This document shows positions 1 to 8,593 of a stretch of DNA of 64,000 nucleotides, one piece after another. Source of the stretch: Azolla caroliniana (taxonomy: Eukaryota > Plantae > Polypodiophyta); the NCBI GenBank assembly GCA_043228905.1, contig JBHGNT010000016.1, positions 18,042,001 through 18,106,000 of the forward strand, in the 5' to 3' direction. Under the pieces are notes generated by a model. That model saw only the letters and a list, made by a program, of their open reading frames with translations. It was not told the DNA's origin and did no database searches. Each line of letters starts with the position of its first letter. Position 1 is the first letter of the stretch. Made by a program: the position numbers and the translations under genes.

Positions 1-547
1 TTGTTCTTCTCAAGAGCTCTGAGTTCTTCTTGCATGGCCGCTCTCCATTGTGGATCTTCTTTAGCAACCTGGCAACACTTGGTTAAAGTGACAAAGTTTA
101 ATGATGCAGTGAAGGCTCTATGTGTAGCTAATATGTTAGACTAAGAGATAAATTGAGCAATATCATGAGGAAAACCATAACGATCAGGAGGGACTCCTGC
201 ATTACTGCGAGAGGTCCTCCTAATCTTTATAGGAGAAGGAGAGGAAATCATATCACCTGTGATTTCTGGGTTTGGGAGTTCTGTAGGTATTTCAGAAGTC
301 GAGGCAGGTCGGAACATGGAACTTGATGGCACATGTGTCACTGAACATGTGTTCATATTTCCTTCTTTCTGCCTCCTCTTCCTTGTATACACCTTTAGCT
401 CCCCCTCAGCTTGAGTCCCATCACATATAGGCTCCTCATCTTCGTTTCCTTCTTCTTCCGTACCGCCTACGCTCACTTGTTTCTCAGCTGATGTACGGAT
501 CAGTAAAGGAATTGATCCTATTTTTCTCAACCTCTCACCATTATCTC
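1..547 (-). mobile_element. Copia element A (Ale-like), 3' part of pol (INT-RT linker and RT start); continues beyond the window start
   Basis: Minus strand reads ...RRTSRSNAGVPPDRYGFPHDIAQF... and EDPQWRAAMQEELRALEKN. It joins in frame (ENMREGD|NGERLRK) with 8594+ once element B is removed. Confidence 0.9.
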
Positions 548-959
548 TATTGAGAATCAAGCTCAACCTAGTCTAGTGTGTGAACACACCCTTGAGAGTG
601 TGCACTCAAAGGTCAAAAGTCACCACTCTTATCTACACATTAACTATGTGTCATAGAATCATATTCTATGACACATAACTAATGAGTTTTCACATTCCCC
701 ATGACCCATGAGCTTCGGTAGTTAATGAAGAGAGAGAGTGACTATATAAAGCACTCTCCTCCTACTTTGTAATTAATTCGGTTAATCTCCTTCGTAATAT
801 ACATCGTCTTGAGTATTTTATTGTTGTTCAAATCTATCTATCTTGTGTTTCTCTCTCACTCTCTCTCCCTCTCTCCCTCTCTCTCTCTCATACACACACA
901 CTCACAACACATATCTCTAGTGTATTCCGCTGCACAAGAATCACCATCGATTCTTTACA
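548..959 (+). repeat. 5' LTR of Copia B
   Basis: TATTGAGAATC...TTTACA (the usual TG start appears as TA), TATA box near 743, followed by the PBS. Confidence 0.92.
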
Positions 960-971
960 TGGTATCAGAGC
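960..971 (+). promoter_or_regulatory. Primer-binding site, tRNA-Met(i)
   Basis: TGGTATCAGAGC directly after the LTR end. Confidence 0.92.
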
Positions 972-3900
972 GGTTTGGTAGCTTGATCTCGTCCATCCAC
1001 GTGTGTTGAGCTCTACGCCGACATTCAAGAAGAACCGGCTCATCGCTATCGTAGTGCGACTACATAGCTCGTATTCAAGAGAGAAGAAGAAGAAAGAAAT
1101 CTACATCGAACACCATGAATACTCAAATGGGGAGCGCTCTCCCTAGCAAGAAGTTGGATTGAAACAACTTCACATCTTGGGAGTACAAGATGCATCAATT
1201 CCTTGTCGGTCAAGGCTATTGGAGGTACATCAAAGGAGCACAAGAAAACTGGCCCGACCCGGAAGACGCCGACTATGCAACATGGGAGCAAGCGGCGAGT
1301 TGAGTAATGTATTGCTTGGCGACATGTGTTCACGGCCACATGCTCGGCTACATTTGAGAAGTCGAGATGCCGAAGGAAGCGTTGGGAAAATCTACGAAAG
1401 ATTTTTGCCACCAACACGACCGCGAGGAAGCTTCAACTCCGCCAAGAGTTGAACAACATCCAACAAAGGGATATGTCCATCACAAACTACACCTTGAAGA
1501 TCAAGGAGCTTTGTGATGCACTCCGCTCAATAAGTGTCAATGTGGAGGATGACGAAATGGTGCAAATATGCCTCGGTGGCCTTGCACCACGATTCGGCGC
1601 GATGCGGACCATTGTACTAGCACGGGAGAATCCACCCTCCTTCGATCTTCAATCTATATTATTGGTCGAAGAGAATCATGTTTGAACAAGGAGCAATGCC
1701 TCGGAAGGCCACATGCTCTACACGCATTCGAATGGAGGAAGAGGACACGACTGAGTAAGAGGCTGATTCGGCCAAGGACGAGGTTCGACTTACGACAACA
1801 ACTCCCAATTTCGGCAACAAGATGGAAGCCATTGAGGAACCTTTGGAAGAAGGGGGAGCTTCCATTCCGGTTCGAGTCGACAAAACTCGATCAAATGCGG
1901 ATATTGCGGAAAGATTGGCCATCATGAAGAAGCGTGCCGGAAGAAGAAGCGTGAGTCGGCTTCCGCAAGCTGACAACTCACAAATTATGCCACTAACTCC
2001 GATTATGAAGACCTTGGCGGAATGTTCGTGATGAGACATAGAGAAAATTCTATGTTGGCCTCTACTTTGACTAATGCCTCCAATCCGGAGGATGTATGGT
2101 TCGTCGACTCCGGTGCTTTGAACCATATGACATTCCGTCAAGAATGGATCTGAGACTTACGAGAGCCGGATCGACCCGGTTATGTCGAGACCGGAGATGA
2201 CACCACTCATCCTATTCGACATATTGGCAATGTCTCATTCGGGGAAGATGGCGAACAAACTTGCATCAAAATTGTATTACATGTACCCACCAAAACGAAG
2301 AATTTGGTCTCGGTCGGCCAAATAATGGAGCAAGCGATGCAAGTTCGATTCAACCAAGGTGGTTGCTTCATCGAGAAGGAAGGCCGACTCATCGCTTGGG
2401 GTTGAAGGGAAGGTAGAATGTTTATCCTCAAGTCAAACAAGGTGAAATCAGCCATGTACGCAAAGGGCCTCAAATCCGACACCGACATAGAGCTATGGCA
2501 TAAAAGAATCGGCCATATCAATCTCAACAAACTCAAGGCGATGCAATCGAAAGGAGTCGTCATCGGGCTCCTGACCTTCAACGATAAAGAGATTGAAGGA
2601 GTATGTGAAGCATGCCAATTCGGCAAGCAACATCGACACCCGTTCCCGAAGGAGAGGAACGTGAGCAAAGGCCTATTGGACGTGGTCCACTCGAATGTGT
2701 GGGGACCGGCACAGACGGCTATGTTCGGAGGATGTCGGTACTATGTTACCTTCATCGATGACTTCTCTAGATACACATGGATCTTTCCCATGAGGATGAA
2801 GAGAGAAGTGTTTACACACTTCCAAAAGTTCAAAAGCGAATTCGAAAAGACAATTGGGCATCATGTACATTGTCTTCGGTCAGACGGAGGAAAGGAATAC
2901 TTCTCCGATGCGTTCACGGCATACCTTCGACAAGAAGGAATTCAGCGAGAATTCACTTGCCGACACACAACACAACAGAATGGTGTAGCCGAACGCAAGA
3001 ATTGGCACATCCTCGAAGTAGCAAGGGCCATGCTAAATGAGAAGCATATGCCCAAGTCATATTGGGCAGAAGCTGCAAATACCGTCGTCTACCTCATGAA
3101 CCGGTGCACAACATCCGGAGTGCACGAGGTCACCCCACACGAGAAATACTATGGGAAGAAGTCGGATCTATCCCATGTAAGGATATTCGGCTCCATTGCA
3201 TACGTGCACATTCCTGATGAGAAGCGGCAAAAGCTTGACCCAAAATCAGAGAATTGCATCCTCGTGGGGTACTCACTAGAGCAAAAGGAGTACAAGTGCA
3301 TCAACCCTCTACTCAGAAGACTCGTGTAAGTCGGGATATCGTCTTTGACGAATCGACACCATGGTACAAACCCGAGTCGACTCCTCCCGAACCATCTACG
3401 AACGACCTCAACAACACAGAAGACGATGATCAACTAAGGTCAATACTCGAAGAGAGTCCGATCTCGACCAGATTGAGCGGACCACAAGAGCCTTCGAGCA
3501 ACCAAAGCACATCTTGGCCAAGTCCAAAGATGGACAAAGGGAAGGCCAAAATGCTGGAATATGAAGACGATCACTTCGATGGCAACGAATCGACTCATTC
3601 ACTCGATAGTGAGTTCGATGGCTTTGATGTGCCTCTTATGAGGTCATTTGGAGTTGAGAAAGCACTCACATTGGCAAATGAGAAACTTCGTCGCTCCACC
3701 CGAGAGAAGAATCCGGTTAGCGATTCAGCTACAATGACTATATGGCATACCACTATGCCTTTATGATGAAGGTGGCAGCAGTTCGAGAACCGGAGAGCTT
3801 TGCCATAGCCACTAAAGATCCGTGATGGGTCGAAGCGATGAACGAGGAGATGCAAGCTCTTCGCAATAATGAGACATGGGATCTCGTCCCTCACTCACCG

Positions 3901-5031
3901 CACAAGAAGGCAATCGACTGCAAATGGATATACAAAGTGAAGTATAATGCCGACGGTTCCATCAACCGCTACAAAGCTTGACTTGTAGCAAAAGAAAGAT
4001 GACAACCGTGTGAACCATGATAGCGCTTGCAACATCGAAAGGGTGGCACCTCCACCAGATGGATGTCAAGAACGCCTTTCTTCAAGGCGAATTAGAAGAG
4101 GAGGTGTACATGGTACAACCACCTGGCTTTGAATCCAGCATTCATCCGAAAGACGTCTACCGACTCAAGAAGCCTCTCTATGGCCTTAAGCAAGCACCAC
4201 ATGCTTGGCACTCGAAGATAACATGATATCTTCATCGAATCGGCTTACGAATGTCAAATTCCGACAATTCTCTCTATGTAAGAAGCTATTCCGAAAGTTC
4301 GATCGTCATCATCCTATACGTTGTCGTAGTGTATTTCGTACACTACGTGAAAAAGTAAAAATAATATAACCGATTTAATTACATATAAATAAATAAAATA
4401 AGAATATCAAGATATTTATCACATGCACAAGGCAAGATTTGAACCTTGTACCTCCACGTAGCCAAATCTCAACTTTACCATTATGCTACCTTATCTTTAG
4501 TGTTTTATAAATAGATTTAATAACTATAAGTGCTTTATTTGCGCCTACCTTTATTAAAAGGTAAATCATGCATTTTTAGAGTGCGTGAATATTTTATATA
4601 GAAAAACGCAAGCAACTAAAAAGTGACTCATGCACATCTAGCGTGCATGAGCACTATATTTAGCAAATAAAAGCAAGGATTAGAAAAGCATCACATGCAT
4701 ATTTAGTGTGCATGAACATATTAGAAAAAAAAAAGCATGTAGTTATGCTTAGTCTCTCCCATCACTACATAAGGATGGGGAGCACAATGTAATAGGTGTG
4801 TGAAATATTTGGAAATTGGATATATTTCCGAAAACACCAACCGATTAATATAATCGTGGGATTCACGAAAATAATATAATCTATACTTGTGGGATTCACA
4901 AGTTTCTTATATCTTTCTAATAATATATTCATTACTAGCCTCATCTCATATTCTTCTTTCTCCTAGTCCAAAACCTCGGCGGTTCCCACCCGACTCACGC
5001 AACGATCCGGAGCCGAAAGGCACGACACAGT

Positions 5032-5049
5032 TGGTGAACCCGACGTGAA
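5032..5049 (+). promoter_or_regulatory. Primer-binding site complementary to the plant tRNA-Trp 3' end
   Basis: TGGTGAACCCGACGTGAA is the reverse complement of TTCACGTCGGGTTCACCA (plant cytosolic tRNA-Trp, recalled sequence); it starts 4 nt after the LTR. Confidence 0.85.
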
Positions 5050-5065
5050 GGCGGGTGGCAAGGAG

Positions 5066-7177
5066 ATGGAGAATCAACAAGAGGCAATGAGCATAACGAT
5101 GATGATGATGTTCGAGCGGATGCTACAAGAACAACGAGTGATGTCGGAGATCACGGGGGCAATAAAGCGGCTCGTACAACGAAACGGACAATTCAACGGA
5201 AACGATGTGTCACGTTATCTACGTGACTACAAGGCGGAGATGATACGATGTGGGATACCAGAAGGATTGCAAGTGACATCCTTCAATCGGGTGGCCACGG
5301 ATGAGCTACAAGAGAGAATCCACAAGATACGGCAACAAAACTCGACATGGGGATCATTCGAAGAAGCTTTACGAGAGGCATATGATTACAAGAGATCAAA
5401 GGGACAAGATCGGCGAAAATTCGACGAATGGGTGGCATCGGAGAAGACCCACCGAAGTGCAACACAAGCATTCCTAGAGTTCGAGCATCGTTTTGCTCGA
5501 CTCTCAGAGCGGGAACAACGATTGGTGGGAGAAGATAAAGTCTTAATGTTCGTAAGATCGATCGATCGGAAAGAAAGGATGGACATTGGGATCGAACTCG
5601 AAGACGATGACGGTACGAATGGTCTTACCGAAAATTGGGCCGAAGTCCAAAGGGTATGCCGGAGACATGATGAGAGGAAGATGAGAATCTTGTCAACGAC
5701 ATGGCCGATGAAGGATGGTCGATTGAAGACAAACGATGGAGCCGATATGAAGGCCGAAATACAACATGATGGTGCAATGGAAGAGGGTGTAAAACAAGCT
5801 ACCCTCTTGTCTTGCGAAAGAACAACGATGAAGGATAAGGCCGATAACCCAAGTGTAGAAGAAGATTTCGGAATACAAGTGTCCGAAACATCAGGTGAAA
5901 AAGGGGTAAGCATAATTGATGTTTCCATAATTGATGCAGTGAAAGAGAGCAAGGAGGACTTGATTGATGAGGTCACCAAGAAAGATGACATCGAATCGAA
6001 GGTGGCTATGGACGAATCAATGGCGGATGGCCATATCGAGATTTCTCCACCACTGATTCTAGAGACTCCGGCGGTTGCGTTCGAAAGGCAACGTGAGACC
6101 GAAGAGACAGAAGGTGGCGGAGAGAAAACAAAGGTCGAAGTCGATGCATACGACGGAGGGATAGCCGAGAATATGGCTATGGGTGAAACAATGGAGGATG
6201 ATAATACCGAGGATTCCTGCCCACTAATCCTAGAGACTTCGGCGGTTGTGTCCGAGAACCAACGTGAGACCGGAGAGACAGGAGGTGGCGGCAAGAAAGG
6301 TAAAGTCGGAAGCCGGTTCGGATGGAAGGTGATCCGGACGGGATTCCGATCCGAAAGAAAGCCGAACCGGGTAAAAGACGATTCGGCCAAAAGACGAACC
6401 GAAAGAAAGCCGAACCGGGTGAAAGGGGATTCAACCGAAAGACGACCCGAAAGAAAGCCGAACCGGGTGAAAGGGGATTCAACTGAAAGACGACCCGAAA
6501 GAAAGCCGAACCGGGCGAATGAGGATTCGGCCGAAAGACGACCCAAAAGAAAGCCGACCCGAAAAGGGGTTGACTCGGTCAAAACCGATCGACTGAGTCT
6601 GACTTGGCCGAACACGAATATGGATGGAAGCCGACCTAGCCGAAAGCCGATCGGACGAGACCGATCCGGAAAGAAGCTAATCCGACTCAATCGGAGGTTG
6701 GACTGGTCGAGGCTGGTGAAAACGAGGAAAAGAAAGCCAACCGAAACCAAAACCGATAGATCGAAACCGGGCCGGAAGGAGACCGACTCAATCGAAACCG
6801 AACAACCGATTCCGATTCGGCCGAATACGAATCCGATCGGAAGCCGATCAAACCGAAAGTCGATCGGACGAGAGCGATCCGGAAAAGAGTCAAGGTTGAT
6901 GAAGACAAGAAAGAGGCTAGTAAAAGACACTACCACGAATGACAAGGGCCAAGAATATGACGAGAGAGAACATAGAATATGGTGGATCGGATGGCGACAA
7001 TGGTTCGGGTGGAAAGAATGGGTCTACTCAAAATGGAGAGACAAAGTTGACATAGCGGGACAAACGGAGGATGAAGGGGAGACAACGAGCATCGGCAACT
7101 TCGGCACATACCGGAGGATGTGCGGGTTCGGCGGGGCGAGTGTCGTAGTGTATTTCGTACACTACGTGAAAAAGTAA
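5066..7177 (+). CDS. Gag-like protein with acidic and then basic repetitive C-terminal extension (element C)
   Basis: Uninterrupted ~700-codon ORF. The N-terminal ~200 aa (FNGNDVSRYLRDYKAEM...) look Gypsy-gag-like; 15-aa repeats RPERKPNRVKGDSTE follow. The stop codon lies inside the 3' LTR. Confidence 0.7.
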   Translation: MENQQEAMSITMMMMFERMLQEQRVMSEITGAIKRLVQRNGQFNGNDVSRYLRDYKAEMIRCGIPEGLQVTSFNRVATDELQERIHKIRQQNSTWGSFEEALREAYDYKRSKGQDRRKFDEWVASEKTHRSATQAFLEFEHRFARLSEREQRLVGEDKVLMFVRSIDRKERMDIGIELEDDDGTNGLTENWAEVQRVCRRHDERKMRILSTTWPMKDGRLKTNDGADMKAEIQHDGAMEEGVKQATLLSCERTTMKDKADNPSVEEDFGIQVSETSGEKGVSIIDVSIIDAVKESKEDLIDEVTKKDDIESKVAMDESMADGHIEISPPLILETPAVAFERQRETEETEGGGEKTKVEVDAYDGGIAENMAMGETMEDDNTEDSCPLILETSAVVSENQRETGETGGGGKKGKVGSRFGWKVIRTGFRSERKPNRVKDDSAKRRTERKPNRVKGDSTERRPERKPNRVKGDSTERRPERKPNRANEDSAERRPKRKPTRKGVDSVKTDRLSLTWPNTNMDGSRPSRKPIGRDRSGKKLIRLNRRLDWSRLVKTRKRKPTETKTDRSKPGRKETDSIETEQPIPIRPNTNPIGSRSNRKSIGRERSGKESRLMKTRKRLVKDTTTNDKGQEYDEREHRIWWIGWRQWFGWKEWVYSKWRDKVDIAGQTEDEGETTSIGNFGTYRRMCGFGGASVVVYFVHYVKK
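6350..6570 (+). repeat. 45-bp in-frame tandem repeat (~4.5 copies) in the ORF of C
   Basis: CCGAAAGAAAGCCGAACCGGGTGAAAGGGGATTCAACCGAAAGACGA-like units. Confidence 0.85.
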
Positions 7178-8176
7178 AAATAATATAACCGATTTAATTA
7201 CATATAAATAAATAAAATAAGAATATCAAGATATTTATCACATGCACAAGGCAAGATTTGAACCTTGTACCTCCACGTAGCCAAATCTCAACTTTACCAT
7301 TATGCTACCTTATCTTTAGTGTTTTATAAATAGATTTAATAACTATAAGTGCTTTATTTGCGCCTACCTTTATTAAAAGGTAAATCATGCATTTTTAGAG
7401 TGCGTGAATATTTTATATAGAAAAACGCAAGCAACTAAAAAGTGACTCATGCACATCTAGCGTGCATGAGCACTATATTTAGCAAATAAAAGCAAGGATT
7501 AGAAAAGCATCACATGCATATTTAGTGTGCATGAACATATTAGAAAAAAAAAAGCATGTAGTTATGCTTAGTCTCTCCCATCACTACATAAGGATGGGGA
7601 GCACAATGTAATAGGTGTGTGAAATATTTGGAAATTGGATATATTTCCGAAAACACCAACCGATTAATATAATCGTGGGATTCACGAAAATAATATAATC
7701 TATACTTGTGGGATTCACAAGTTTCTTATATCTTTCTAATAATATATTCATTACTAGCCTCATCTCATATTCTTCTTTCTCCTAGTCCAAAACCTCGGCG
7801 GTTCCCACCCGACTCACGCAACGATCCGGAGCCGAAAGGCACGACACAGTGGATGATCTTTTCATTGGAAGTGAGCATCTAGTCGACATTAACAAGGTCA
7901 AGTCCCTCCTCTCTAACAAATTTGAGATGACGGACATGAAAGAGCTCCACTACTTCCTTGGCATCGAGGTAATTTAGACTCCAGCCAGGATTATGATCTC
8001 CGAACAACACTACATTCTCAACTTGTCATACAAGTTCGGGATGACTGAGTGCAAGTCTGTGGCAACAACTCTTGACCGAAACCTCAAACTAGATGCCAAT
8101 TTTGGCACCATAAAGTGTGAGCCGACTCAGTATCGACAACTGATCAGTAGTCTTATCTACCTCTCACCATTATCTC

Positions 8177-8588
8177 TATTGAGAATCAAGCTCAACCTAG
8201 TCTAGTGTGTGAACACACCCTTGAGAGTGTGCACTCAAAGGTCAAAAGGCACCACTCTTATCTACACATTAACTATGTGTCATAGAATCATATTCTATGA
8301 CACATAACTAATGAGTTTTCACATTCCCCATGACCCATGAGCTTCGGTAGTTAATGAAGAGAGAGAGTGACTATATAAAGCACTCTCCTCCTACTTTGTA
8401 ATTAGTTCGGTTAATCTCCTTTGTAATATACATCATCTTGAGTATTTTATTGTTGTTCAAATCTATCTATCTTGTGTTTCTCTCTCACTCTCTCTCCCTC
8501 TCTCCCTCTCTCTCTCTCATACACACACACTCACAACACATATCTCTAGTGTATTCCGCTGCACAAGAATCACCATCGATTATTTACA
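8177..8588 (+). repeat. 3' LTR of Copia B (flanked on both sides by ATCTC)
   Basis: About 5 differences from 548-959 by eye. Confidence 0.92.
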
Positions 8589-8593
8589 ATCTC

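Larger units (their letters stand above)
4322..7846 (+). mobile_element. Non-autonomous gag-only LTR retrotransposon C (tRNA-Trp primed), inserted in the RT YVDD motif of B
   Basis: Two apparently identical 706-bp LTRs (4322-5027 and 7141-7846; TGTCGT...ACGACA). The host reads CTA TAC GT|G GAT GAT across the insertion. One ORF, no pol motifs. Confidence 0.92.
548..8588 (+). mobile_element. Copia LTR retrotransposon B, degenerate, nested in A; 5-bp TSD ATCTC (543-547 / 8589-8593)
   Basis: 412-bp LTRs at 548-959 and 8177-8588; Met-i PBS; gag, protease (VDSGA), GAG-pre-integrase/rve (2418-3329) and RT (QMDVKNAF, YVDD), with several stops and frameshifts. RNase H and PPT are missing. Confidence 0.93.

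Noticed and set aside
809-1009. Duplicated hydrophobic ORF (also at 8438-8779)
   Set aside because: It lies in the CT-rich LTR of B and starts with TTG; not a gene.
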